Shown here piece after piece: positions 8,762 through 18,586 of a DNA stretch of 32,000 nt (position 1 is the first letter of the stretch; every line of letters begins with the position of its first letter). A model generated the notes under the pieces. The model was given only the letters and a program-made list of their open reading frames with translations, did no database searches and was not told the origin of the DNA. The stretch lies in the NCBI GenBank assembly GCA_039809905.1, contig JBDHVY010000001.1, positions 450,001-482,000 on the forward strand, written 5' to 3'. The DNA is from Candidatus Babelota bacterium (GTDB lineage: Bacteria > Babelota > Babeliae > Babelales > Vermiphilaceae). A program made the translations under genes and the position numbers.

Positions 8762-10168
8762 ATGAATAAAAAATTATTGCTTCTTTGTTTTATTTTTAAT
8801 TTCAACAATTTTCTACCACTTTCTGGTATGACTCACTATTGTACTAACCATAAAGAAAAGGTTTTATCTCAACCAAGAACATATTTTAGTCGAGAAAGTG
8901 GCACAAACGGAATAACAAGCAATGGCACATTTATCTTCAGCAGGCCTTACAATTCAAAAATTGCTACCTGCTTTGCAGGAGAATTCTCTAAGGGTCTTTC
9001 GAAAAGTTTGGATAAAAATCCTCTCTCTATAATCAATCTTTCAACAAGTACTCAAGATGGCTATACGTTTAAAAACATCGATAACCGAACTCCCGTATCA
9101 TGCATTCATCTTCTCAATGATAAAACAATGGCAATAGGGCATGGTAAAAAAATCTATATTGCACAAGATAATGGTAGTAGATTGATTTATTTCATCAATA
9201 ATTTTTTCGCTTACCCACGTCAACCTCGTAAGCTTAGTAAAGTTTTAGAACTTTCTCCTCAACTTGGTGTAGAAGATAGTATTGCCACAATTGAAAGTAG
9301 TCTATCTCATCTTATTGTGATTTCAAAAAAAGGGCACATTTCAACCTGGCAAAAAGTTAATAACGTTATTCAGGAAAGCAGCTTCAAAACATTTGACCAC
9401 ACATCTCCTTTTTTTTCTTATGCGGTAAACCAAGAAAAAAATATACTGTGCATGGGTTTAGATCATGGTAAAATTTTCACTGCCAATATAGCAAATCTTA
9501 ATAAACACACTATTACGCATTCACTTGATGCAGCTCTAAAAATTAATTGTATGAATTTCCAAAATAATACGCTTTTTGCATCTGCATTATGTGATTGCCA
9601 TCAAATACTTCCCACTACAAAAAATAGTAATCGTTGTAACAACAAACATGTACTTTTATCATTTGAAGAATGTAATCAAGCTGAAAACACTTTGCCTAAG
9701 ATGACAGGAAAAGAAACGCTCCTTTCTTTTCCTGAATTATGTCCAAAAAAAGCGGTATTATTGCCAAATGGTTTATTCGTATCACACACAGCACTATGCA
9801 ACAAAAATGTTTCTGATCTTGAGGAAGATGAAATTATTAAAGAGGTAATTGCAGTACATAGCCCTGATAATATTCAAAATCTATTAACTATTGATACCAC
9901 TTGTATGAGAGCAATCGAATATCCTGTCCATCCAATAATAACAGGTAATGAAATTCATATGCTGGGTGAAATAAGAAACGATTTTTCCAATTACATGATA
10001 TATTTTCATCGAATCTATACACCAAATAAATTTGGTATTATAGCAAAATATGCATATTACACTCAATTAATGAATTATATCAACAAACGATCTTATTTTT
10101 CAGTGACAATGCATTTTCTGATTCCTGCATTACTGTTATATGCAGCAAGTCGCTATTTTTCAGATTGA
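8762..10168 (+). CDS. Hypothetical exported protein, possibly beta-propeller-like, with C-terminal TM
   Basis: 468 aa; signal peptide (MNKKLLLLCFIFNFNNFLPLSGM), Ser/Thr-rich body with repeated short motifs (e.g. CIHLLNDKTMAIGHGKKIYIAQDNGSRL, LGLDHGKIFTANIANLNK) suggestive of propeller blades; C-terminal helix MHFLIPALLLYAASRYF. Confidence 0.65.
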   Translation: MNKKLLLLCFIFNFNNFLPLSGMTHYCTNHKEKVLSQPRTYFSRESGTNGITSNGTFIFSRPYNSKIATCFAGEFSKGLSKSLDKNPLSIINLSTSTQDGYTFKNIDNRTPVSCIHLLNDKTMAIGHGKKIYIAQDNGSRLIYFINNFFAYPRQPRKLSKVLELSPQLGVEDSIATIESSLSHLIVISKKGHISTWQKVNNVIQESSFKTFDHTSPFFSYAVNQEKNILCMGLDHGKIFTANIANLNKHTITHSLDAALKINCMNFQNNTLFASALCDCHQILPTTKNSNRCNNKHVLLSFEECNQAENTLPKMTGKETLLSFPELCPKKAVLLPNGLFVSHTALCNKNVSDLEEDEIIKEVIAVHSPDNIQNLLTIDTTCMRAIEYPVHPIITGNEIHMLGEIRNDFSNYMIYFHRIYTPNKFGIIAKYAYYTQLMNYINKRSYFSVTMHFLIPALLLYAASRYFSD

Positions 10169-10200
10169 TTTTAACCTTCTGTTTGATTACTCTTTATATT

Positions 10201-10235
10201 CAAAGCCCCATTCTGCATATACGAATGGGGCTTTG
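10201..10235. terminator. Strong perfect hairpin (possible terminator or structured element)
   Basis: CAAAGCCCCATTC-tgcatatac-GAATGGGGCTTTG: 13 bp perfect stem, 9 nt loop; no clear T-run on either side. Confidence 0.5.
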
Positions 10236-10292
10236 TAAGTGATATGATAAAGCAAACTTAGTTAAAGCTCCTACAAATATTATTCCAAAACA

Positions 10293-10444
10293 TTGATTTC
10301 AAATTCTTTTATGGGGATCCTCAATAGCCCAGCTTCTATCCCCAATTTCGACGAGTCTTCATTGGGGTCCCCATATGAAGAATGAGGATGGGGTAAGAGG
10401 AATGGGTATATAAGCATTCAGCATGGGGCTAATAGAGCTATAAT
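10293..10444 (+). repeat. Dispersed G/C-rich hairpin element, copy 2 (upstream of ddl-ddl)
   Basis: TTGATTTCAAATTCTTTTATGGGGATCCTCAATAGCCCAGCTTCTATCCCCAATTTCGACGAGTCTTCATTGGGGTCCCCATATGAAGAATGAGGATGGGGTA...CAGCATGGGGCTAATAG; strongly similar to copy 3. Confidence 0.9.
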
Positions 10445-10457
10445 ACAAGGTTAACAT

Positions 10458-12665
10458 ATGCAAAAATTACGCATCGGTGTTCTTATGGGCGGCAAATCAC
10501 TTGAAAAAGAAGTTTCTTTCAATTCAGGCAGAACCATTTGTGATCACTTAGATACTACACGATATGTTGCAGTCCCCTTATTTCAAAAAAGTGCACACAT
10601 TTATATTTTACCATGGCACTTTTTACATCGAGGTAAAACCACTGATTTTGAACACAGACTTGCAAGTGAAGCTCAAGAAATTGCATGGGATGATTTAAAA
10701 AAACATATTGATCTTATTTATATTGCGCAACATGGCCGATATGCAGAAGATGGCTGCTTACAAGGATTTCTTGAAATACTCGATATCCCCTATATAGGAT
10801 CTGATATTTTAGCAAGTGCACTGCGTGGCGATAAACATATGCATAAAATAGTATTGCGTAATGCCGGTATTGAAGTTCCTGAATATATTGTTGTTGAGCC
10901 AGATGCAATTGATAATTTCGAAAAACATAAAGATCATATTTTTACGCAGCTAAAAACTATTGCCAGCACAGAATATATTGTAAAACCTTATAATGAAGGT
11001 TCAAGTTTAGGCATTTCTATCGCAGATAAAAATACATTAGAAGATGCATTAAAAAAAGCCTGCTACATTGAACCACATAAAAAAAAACGAGTAGTTGTCG
11101 AAGAAAAAATTATTGGCATGGAATTTACTTGTATTATTTTAACCGATCATAATACAGGTGAATTTTTTGCTTTACCACCAACAGAAAGTATTGCCGATGC
11201 TGAAGTTGGTTTTTTTGATTATGAACAAAAATATATGCCTGGACGTGGTATTAAGCGCACGCCTGCACACTGCTCACCTGAAATAACTGAGCGTATTCAA
11301 CAAACATGCATCAAAGTAATGAATGTTTTAGGATTTACCACTATGGGACGAATCGATGGATTTGTAACAAAAGATGGCAGAATAATTATTATTGATCCCA
11401 ACACACTTTCTGGCATGGCACCTTCAAGCTATATTTTTAATCAAGCAGCAGAAATTAATATGAGTCCATCACAGCTTATTAATTTTATAATTGAAGGCGA
11501 ACTTAAGCGATATAGTATGGATACTGTTAGTGATGATCAAGATACAATGGATAATTCACTCATGAATACTCATAAGACTCGCATCGCTGTTTTGCTCGGT
11601 GGTGCATCACATGAAAAAGAAACTTCCCTTGATTCAGGCCGCAATGTATTTTATAAATTATCTCCACAAAAATATGATGCCATTCCTTTATTTGTAACCA
11701 GTACACTAGAATTATATAAGCTCACACAATCACAACTTGTGCGAAATTCAACAAAAGAAATTGTCGATTTATTACAAGAATCTCAAAAAATAAAATGGTC
11801 TGATGTACCACATATAGCAGATTTTGTCTTTAATGCACTGCATGGTGGCGAAGGTGAAAATGGATCAGTACAAGGTACTTTAGAAATACTCGGATTACCC
11901 TACAATGGTTCATCCGTGCTTACCAGCGCATTATGCATGAATAAATATAAAACCAATGAATTTCTTGCAATGAATGGCTTTGATGTACCACAAAGTGTGT
12001 TCGTGAAAAAAGATGAATGGGTCAACTCTGCTAAGGTTTTCAATTATGTTGCTGAATTATCATACCCTCTTATTGTCAAACCACATGATGATGGTTGCAG
12101 CGTAATGGTGCAAAAAGTAGCCAATGATGATGAACTTATTGCATCTATCGATGCAATAATGCAAAAAAAAGATTCCGTACTTATAGAAGAATATATTACG
12201 GGAATGGAATTAACTGTTGGTGTAATTGGCAATAGTACAATACACGTACTACCGCCAAGCCAAGCAATTAGTGCTCATGCAATACTTTCGATTGAAGAAA
12301 AATTTTTGCCTGGTGCCGGCGAAAATCAAACACCAGCACCATTGCCACAAGAAACATTACGTTTTGTACAAGGTGTAATCGAAAAAGTTTATACAACAGT
12401 TGGTTGCAAGGGATACGCGCGTATTGATTGCTTCTACCAAAATGCAGCAATAAGCCCCACCGGCAAAGAACGTGTGGTAATTTTAGAAATAAATACATTG
12501 CCGGGATTAACTCCTGCAACTTGTTTATTTCATCAAGCAGCAGAAATTGGACTGAAACCAATGGAATTAATTGAAACTATCATCAATTTTGGTTTTGAAG
12601 AACATAGAGGAACAAATACCGAAAAACAAATTTCATCACAAGCTACTATTGAAATGTCTCAATAA
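10458..12665 (+). CDS. ddl: Double-module D-alanine--D-alanine ligase (Ddl-Ddl fusion)
   Basis: 735 aa. Module 1: GVLMGGKSLEKEVSFNSG, HGRYAEDGCLQGFLEILDIPYIGS, KPYNEGSSLGIS, FDYEQKYMPG, GRIDGFVTKDGRIIIIDPNTLSGMAPSS. Module 2 from about residue 373: AVLLGGASHEKETSLDSG, FNALHGGEGENGSVQGTLEILGLPYNGSSVLTSAL, KPHDDGCSVMV, EEKFLPGAG, ARIDCF...ILEINTLPGLTPATCLFHQAAE. Confidence 0.93.
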   Translation: MQKLRIGVLMGGKSLEKEVSFNSGRTICDHLDTTRYVAVPLFQKSAHIYILPWHFLHRGKTTDFEHRLASEAQEIAWDDLKKHIDLIYIAQHGRYAEDGCLQGFLEILDIPYIGSDILASALRGDKHMHKIVLRNAGIEVPEYIVVEPDAIDNFEKHKDHIFTQLKTIASTEYIVKPYNEGSSLGISIADKNTLEDALKKACYIEPHKKKRVVVEEKIIGMEFTCIILTDHNTGEFFALPPTESIADAEVGFFDYEQKYMPGRGIKRTPAHCSPEITERIQQTCIKVMNVLGFTTMGRIDGFVTKDGRIIIIDPNTLSGMAPSSYIFNQAAEINMSPSQLINFIIEGELKRYSMDTVSDDQDTMDNSLMNTHKTRIAVLLGGASHEKETSLDSGRNVFYKLSPQKYDAIPLFVTSTLELYKLTQSQLVRNSTKEIVDLLQESQKIKWSDVPHIADFVFNALHGGEGENGSVQGTLEILGLPYNGSSVLTSALCMNKYKTNEFLAMNGFDVPQSVFVKKDEWVNSAKVFNYVAELSYPLIVKPHDDGCSVMVQKVANDDELIASIDAIMQKKDSVLIEEYITGMELTVGVIGNSTIHVLPPSQAISAHAILSIEEKFLPGAGENQTPAPLPQETLRFVQGVIEKVYTTVGCKGYARIDCFYQNAAISPTGKERVVILEINTLPGLTPATCLFHQAAEIGLKPMELIETIINFGFEEHRGTNTEKQISSQATIEMSQ

Positions 12666-13285
12666 TTAAATATGAATGATAATAGCTGTATCAAATCGAT
12701 TATATAATCATGGTAAACCGGTAATTTTTTTTCTTCATTATGTGATATGTAAGGAACCTCGCCACCAGTATTTTGCGTATTTTCAATGTTTCCTATTATT
12801 TTATAGATAACAATAATTTTTTGAGTAATCGCTTGCTCCATTCCTTCAATGACTTTTTTATACTCAATATCCATTGGATAACTCAATAATTGATGAGCTC
12901 TTACTTTGTTTATAAATCTTTCAGAAATATACTTTGGGAATAATATTTTTTCTGAGCTTTTTTGCAATTGTATCAGAGCAGGAGCTTTTTTTATCCAATT
13001 TTGTATCTTTATATACGATTGTGTTTCATCAGCATTCTGCTCATATTCTGCAGATAGTACACGAAAATATTTCTCTGATTCATACGCATTCATGCCAAAT
13101 GATAAGCCTTTTTTTGAATCATCTTCTGGTACATTGTGTAAGTCAATGACCTGAGTTGAATCAACCTTAATAGACAATTCAATGATTGGATAATTTTTAA
13201 ATTGAACGATTTGACTACCCTTTAATTGTACAAAAAAAACCATACACACAGCGGTAATCTTCTTCAAGCCTAATATATATTTCAT
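12659..13285 (-). CDS. Hypothetical secreted protein
   Basis: 208 aa with N-terminal hydrophobic leader (MKYILGLKKITAVCMVFFVQLKGSQ); downstream of the two ATPase genes on the same strand. Confidence 0.7.
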   Translation of the reverse strand: MKYILGLKKITAVCMVFFVQLKGSQIVQFKNYPIIELSIKVDSTQVIDLHNVPEDDSKKGLSFGMNAYESEKYFRVLSAEYEQNADETQSYIKIQNWIKKAPALIQLQKSSEKILFPKYISERFINKVRAHQLLSYPMDIEYKKVIEGMEQAITQKIIVIYKIIGNIENTQNTGGEVPYISHNEEKKLPVYHDYIIDLIQLLSFIFNY

Positions 13286-13323
13286 CGGAAAATTCCATTA
13301 AAAAAAGAAGCGAAATTGTTCTA

Positions 13324-15861
13324 CTATTTTTTTGTATCAGAGTAGCTTCTTTTGCCAAATAAGCAACGATAATACAATAATTTAACAATCTCTGTTGCTA
13401 CAAAATAAACAGTCGTAATGGATAAGATCATAAACATAGTGTATGCCGTTGGGTGTTTAAAAAGAAATATGTTTTGACCTAACATAGTAAACGGTAACAC
13501 AATGATAATACCTGCTGCCATACTACATAAACTCAAAAGTAACATCGAGGGGCGATGAGCTTTGCAGAATGGCAAAGTGGTTCGTAATGAAAAAATAAAA
13601 ACTAACTGACCCAAAGCAGCTGCAATAAACCAACTTGTTTGCAATGTTGCTGGATCGGATTTGAAAAACATAAAAATAATAAAATCAAAAAATGAAATAA
13701 CCACACCAAAAAGAAGTACTACAAGACCTATATCTTTTAATGAATAACGCAATGGTCTTTTTAACTCTTGGTAAGTTACACTATCAGATGATATACCAAT
13801 CAATGGAAAATCAGTTATCAGATCTAAAAATAATAATTGCAAAGGCAACATAGGCAAATAATTGAGCCATAAAGAAGAAAGCGCTAAAGAATAAAAATGA
13901 CCTACATTGCAGGCAATAGTAACTTTAATATATTTTAGTGTATTGATAATTATTTTTCTTCCTTCTTCCACTCCTAACATTATATTCAATAAGCTTTTTT
14001 GTAATAATATAATTTCTGCCGCTTCTTGTGCTACACGAGCTGCATCTTTTACCGCAATACCAACTTGAGCAATTTTAAGCGCAGGCGCATCATTAATACC
14101 ATCTCCAATATATCCCACAGAATAGGTACGTTGCAAAAGCGAAATGATCTCATATTTTTGTTGAGGATTAACTCGAGCAAAAATAGTACGTCCATTCACC
14201 AGCTCTGTTTTTTCTTGTTCATTTGCTTTTTCAAAATCAGATCCAAGCACCACATTATCATGATTATTTTCTAATCCCAGTTGTTGCGCTATAAAAAAAC
14301 AGACATCTCGACTATCTCCACTCAGAATCTTAATTTGAACATCCAATGCTTGTGCCTTTTTTATTGCAGTCAAAGCCGTACTATTAAGAGGATCAACAAA
14401 TGCAATTAATCCTATTGAATCGTATTTTATATCGTCATCATTAATAAATTCTGTTTTTACCTTTTTTTCTGGGACTTCTTTTATTGCAACTGCAATAACA
14501 CGATTGCTTTTCGTTTCATTATCACTCATCCATGCTTTAAGCTTTTCCAGTTCATCTGATTGCAATGGAACACAATGTTCCACAACATATTCAAAAGAAC
14601 CCTTGGTAATAAAAAAATGAGTATTATTTTTTTGAGCAAATGTAATAGTACGATGACGCTCATAAGTGAAAGGTAATGTCTTAATCACCGTATATTGCGC
14701 AATTTCTTTCGATTGTTCGGGAGTTAATTTTTGTACAATAGCGGCATCAAAGCTATTGGATGTTATAGTAGTATCAGCAGAAAGAGCTGCAAAAATAAGA
14801 CTGTCATAATTATCGGAATTATATACGTCTTTCACTTTTAAGTTATTTTCTGTTAATGTCCCGGTTTTATCAGCACAAAAAACATTGATTCCACCCAAAT
14901 CTTCTATAGCAGATAATCTTTTTACAATTATTTTATGCTTATGGAGTGCCATAGCACCACGAGTCAAACAAAAAGTAATAACTATGGGCAATGCCGAAGG
15001 AATAGCAGTAATAGAAAGCGCTGCAGCAAAAAATAGTATATTAATAAAAGAAATATGGTCTGTTTTAATAAACAGATTAATAAAAATAATAACAGCAAGG
15101 CTTATAAGAATTAATATCAAAACAAAACGAGCAAGTTGCATACTATTTTGCGCAAGATTACTTTTAATAATGGTATGCGTAGCCAATGCAGAAATAGAAC
15201 CTAATTGTGAATGAACTCCTGTTGCAAAAACTACGCCAATTCCAGACCCATCCGTTACAACAGTACCAGCAAAAGCAGATGTCGTTGTTTTCCACAATTC
15301 TGTTATTGTTTCTTGAGGTAATTCATGCATTTTGTGGATAGGAATAGATTCACCGCTCAAACTTGCTTCATCAATCATAAGGTTATTACTATCAATAATA
15401 CGACAATCAGCAGGGACAATATCACCTGCCTTCAGCACAATAATATCCCCAGGAACAATAGTACTTACCTCAACTTTTTGATCAGTTCCATTTCGACGTA
15501 CTAAAATAGATGCTTCAAGATAAGCCTGCAACAATTCCATTGCTTTATTGCTATGATATTCTTGGTAAAAACCAATTGCAGTATTGATTATCATAATCAT
15601 GATAATAATAATAGATTCGGTGTATTGCTGTGTAAAAAAGTAAAGTATCGCAACACATACAAACATAAAAATAAAAGGATTTTTAACCTGATTGAAAAAG
15701 ATAGTCAACGCGGTTACATTCGTGCGTTGTAATCTATTAGGACCATACGTAATGAAACGCTTTTTTGCTTCTTGTTCAGTCAGCCCGCAAGACGTTGTCT
15801 GCAAATCATCAAAAACCTTTTCTACGCTCAAATTACTATAAAAAAGAAAATCTTTATTCAT
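13324..15861 (-). CDS. P-type cation-transporting ATPase (P2-like), TM4 motif IPSALP
   Basis: 845 aa; phosphorylation motif CADKTGTLTENN, TGES-like LSGESIP, KGSFEYVVE, YVGDGINDAPALK (as VGYIGDGINDAPALKIA), N-terminal cation-ATPase domain. TM4 ITAIPSALPIVITF. Confidence 0.92.
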   Translation of the reverse strand: MNKDFLFYSNLSVEKVFDDLQTTSCGLTEQEAKKRFITYGPNRLQRTNVTALTIFFNQVKNPFIFMFVCVAILYFFTQQYTESIIIIMIMIINTAIGFYQEYHSNKAMELLQAYLEASILVRRNGTDQKVEVSTIVPGDIIVLKAGDIVPADCRIIDSNNLMIDEASLSGESIPIHKMHELPQETITELWKTTTSAFAGTVVTDGSGIGVVFATGVHSQLGSISALATHTIIKSNLAQNSMQLARFVLILILISLAVIIFINLFIKTDHISFINILFFAAALSITAIPSALPIVITFCLTRGAMALHKHKIIVKRLSAIEDLGGINVFCADKTGTLTENNLKVKDVYNSDNYDSLIFAALSADTTITSNSFDAAIVQKLTPEQSKEIAQYTVIKTLPFTYERHRTITFAQKNNTHFFITKGSFEYVVEHCVPLQSDELEKLKAWMSDNETKSNRVIAVAIKEVPEKKVKTEFINDDDIKYDSIGLIAFVDPLNSTALTAIKKAQALDVQIKILSGDSRDVCFFIAQQLGLENNHDNVVLGSDFEKANEQEKTELVNGRTIFARVNPQQKYEIISLLQRTYSVGYIGDGINDAPALKIAQVGIAVKDAARVAQEAAEIILLQKSLLNIMLGVEEGRKIIINTLKYIKVTIACNVGHFYSLALSSLWLNYLPMLPLQLLFLDLITDFPLIGISSDSVTYQELKRPLRYSLKDIGLVVLLFGVVISFFDFIIFMFFKSDPATLQTSWFIAAALGQLVFIFSLRTTLPFCKAHRPSMLLLSLCSMAAGIIIVLPFTMLGQNIFLFKHPTAYTMFMILSITTVYFVATEIVKLLYYRCLFGKRSYSDTKK

Positions 15862-18394
15862 GATATTTATTCTTAAAAGAGTAGTACGTGAGTTTCACCG
15901 TTTCAGCAATTATCATGTTAAACATAATCACACCGATTAACCATGGCGCGTGTTCTAAACGCGGAGATGAGAATAAAAAGATTGTATGTCCAATAGTTGT
16001 AAAAGGTAAAATAAGAGCGGTTAAAACAACAAACAAAGAAAGCCCCATCAATAACCGTGATGGTCGATGAGCTCTGAAAAATAACATTGGCGCACGAAAC
16101 AAGAAAATAAAAATAACTTCTGAAATAGTACTAGTGATAAACCAACTTGTCTGTAATGTTTCAGGAAAATGGGATCGAAACACCAAAAAGATCGTAATAT
16201 CGGCAATAAACATAATAGTCCCAAAAAGCACAATTAAAATCGCAGCATCAGTCATATCATACGTGACCGGTTTTTGTACTTCTTGCTCACTAACATTATC
16301 GGTAGAGATAGCAATCATAGGCAAATCAGTCAGCAAATTTAAAAATAATAATTGCATAGGAAGCATTGGTGGATAATTCACTAAAAGCGAGGCTACTGCT
16401 AACGCATAAAAATGACCAAAACTAGGTGCATTAGTCATTTTCGTGTACTTCAGTGTATTAACAATAGTACGTCTTCCCTGCTCAATTCCTAAAATTACTG
16501 AACTTAAGCTTTTACGTAGCAAAATAATTTCAGCTGCTTCACGTGCAACTGAAGCAGCATCATTCACCGCAAAACTAACATGCGCCATTTTCAGTGCTGG
16601 CGCATCATTAATACCATCGCCCATGTAGCCAACAGAATATTTATCTTTTAAATGTTTAATAATTTCATATTTTTGTTCTGGATTTACTCGAGCAAAAATT
16701 GATCGGTTATGAGCTAAAAATATTTTTTCTTCTTCCGTAGCTTTTTCAAAATCAGATCCTAATACAACATTGTTAATATCTTCTTCAAGGCCAAGTTGTT
16801 GGGCAATAGTAAAGCAAACGTGTTTGCTATCGCCACTTAATATTTTTATATCAATTCCAAGCGATTTTGCTTTTTGTACCGTTGTTAATGCAGTGCTTTT
16901 GAGCGGATCTTGAAACGCAATTAAGCCAATTGTCTCATAATCATGATCGTCAGCAGTAATGTCGTAAGCTCCATTACCATAATCAGATATATTTTTAGTT
17001 GCTACTGCCAAAATACGATTTCCTTTTGATTCTTCTGTTTCAATCCATGAAGCTATAATATTTTTTTCTTCTTGATTTAAAAAAGAACATTTTTCTATAA
17101 CTACTTCCGGAGATCCTTTTATAATAAGCGTATGCACTCCTTCTTTCTGCACAAGCGCCATGCTTTGGCGTTTTTGTGGCGTAAAAGGAATATCTTTTAC
17201 CAATGTATGTTTCTTGCCATGTTCAGCATATTCCTGAGTTAATTTTTTTTGTAACGCTAACTCAAAACCTTTCGTAGCACTTTCTTTTGTTGCAGTTTGA
17301 GGCGGACAAGAAAGTACCGCATACATAATTATCTCATCAGGATTTTTAGCATAAATAGCATCGACAGTTAATGCATTTTCGGTGAGCGTTCCTGTTTTAT
17401 CAGTACAAAAAACTTCTATAGATCCCAGATCACCAATTGCAGATAACCGTTTTACGATAACATTATTTTTTTTCAGGGATGATGCACCCTGCGATAAACA
17501 AAAGGTAATAACCATCGGCAAACCTTCTGGTATTGCCGTAATGGTAAGCGCTGCAGCAAAAAGGAAGAAATCAACAAAATTAAGTTCACCACCATGCTTT
17601 ACAATGTGCACTAAAGCAGTGAGCAGTAAACTAAAAAAAATAAGATATATCGTAAATTTGGCAATAGAAACAGAACCTTTTTCAAGACTACTTTTAGTAA
17701 TCACCTGCGCCGTCAATGCTGCAAGTGTGCCAAGCGCACTTTGAGAACCAGTTGCAATAACAACACCGACACCTTTACCATGTGTTACCACGGTTCCCGT
17801 AAAACCAATATTTTCAGCTTTATACATATCGGTTATTGCTTCTTGCAATGGTTCAGCATGTTTAATAACAGCAATAGATTCACCCGTTAAACTCGATTCA
17901 TCAATGGTGAGATTATCCACTTCAATAAAACGACAATCAGCAGGAATAACATCTCCTGCTGAAAGTATTATAATATCTCCCGGCACTAATTGATTAATAT
18001 CAATATTTATTTCTGAGCTATTGCGGCGTACCGTAACTTGAGACATAAGACATTTTTTAAGAGCCTGCATTGCAGTATTGCTACGATATTCTTGGTAAAA
18101 ACCAATTCCTACATTCACTGCAATAATGACAAAAATGATGATACATTCAGCAATTTTTCCTGTGAACAAATATGCAAGACCTATCACAAAAAAAATACAC
18201 ATAAAAGGACTTAAAAGCTGGGCCTTAAGAACATCAAGCCATGTAATTTCTGTTTCTTTTATTTCATTTAAGCCATATTTCTTCAGACGATCAGCAACTT
18301 CATCCTGAGTAAGACCCTTGTGTATAGTTTTCAATTCCTTTAATGCATCTTCAATTGATAATGAGGTATATAAAGAAAAATTTTTACGTTCCAT
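15854..18394 (-). CDS. P-type cation-transporting ATPase (Ca2+-ATPase-like), TM4 motif IPEGLP
   Basis: 846 aa; CTDKTGTLTENA, LTGESIAV, IKGSPEVVIEKC, YMGDGINDAPALK, TM4 ITAIPEGLPMVITFCLSQGA, TM6 LLFLNLLTDLPMIAIS. Overlaps next gene by 8 bp, paralogous to it. Confidence 0.94.
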   Translation of the reverse strand: MERKNFSLYTSLSIEDALKELKTIHKGLTQDEVADRLKKYGLNEIKETEITWLDVLKAQLLSPFMCIFFVIGLAYLFTGKIAECIIIFVIIAVNVGIGFYQEYRSNTAMQALKKCLMSQVTVRRNSSEINIDINQLVPGDIIILSAGDVIPADCRFIEVDNLTIDESSLTGESIAVIKHAEPLQEAITDMYKAENIGFTGTVVTHGKGVGVVIATGSQSALGTLAALTAQVITKSSLEKGSVSIAKFTIYLIFFSLLLTALVHIVKHGGELNFVDFFLFAAALTITAIPEGLPMVITFCLSQGASSLKKNNVIVKRLSAIGDLGSIEVFCTDKTGTLTENALTVDAIYAKNPDEIIMYAVLSCPPQTATKESATKGFELALQKKLTQEYAEHGKKHTLVKDIPFTPQKRQSMALVQKEGVHTLIIKGSPEVVIEKCSFLNQEEKNIIASWIETEESKGNRILAVATKNISDYGNGAYDITADDHDYETIGLIAFQDPLKSTALTTVQKAKSLGIDIKILSGDSKHVCFTIAQQLGLEEDINNVVLGSDFEKATEEEKIFLAHNRSIFARVNPEQKYEIIKHLKDKYSVGYMGDGINDAPALKMAHVSFAVNDAASVAREAAEIILLRKSLSSVILGIEQGRRTIVNTLKYTKMTNAPSFGHFYALAVASLLVNYPPMLPMQLLFLNLLTDLPMIAISTDNVSEQEVQKPVTYDMTDAAILIVLFGTIMFIADITIFLVFRSHFPETLQTSWFITSTISEVIFIFLFRAPMLFFRAHRPSRLLMGLSLFVVLTALILPFTTIGHTIFLFSSPRLEHAPWLIGVIMFNMIIAETVKLTYYSFKNKYHE

Positions 18395-18586
18395 TTTTTG
18401 ATTCCTTTTTTGGTAGTCAGTCTAAGTCATTTGAAACATTTGTTGCAAGGTTTAGTCTTATATTTGACGATCTCTCATAACAACATTTTTTTCTCTCTAT
18501 CTGCATATAACCTTTTTTTGTTTTTCCTCAAGTACGTTATATAATTGGAGATGGAGATAAATTCCACTATTTTGCAGGATTAACAA

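Noticed and set aside
10458-12665. Suspicion that the double Ddl ORF is an assembly duplication
   Set aside because: The two halves are highly diverged at protein level with different active-site signatures, so it is not an artefactual repeat. A missed stop between two genes cannot be excluded and is noted in the finding.
13324-18394. Several + strand ORFs (14026..14274, 14885..15214, 15888..16070, 16134..16376, 16443..16628, 17382..17744, 18126..18308)
   Set aside because: All antisense to well-conserved P-type ATPase genes; Ser/Ile-rich composition typical of antisense shadows.
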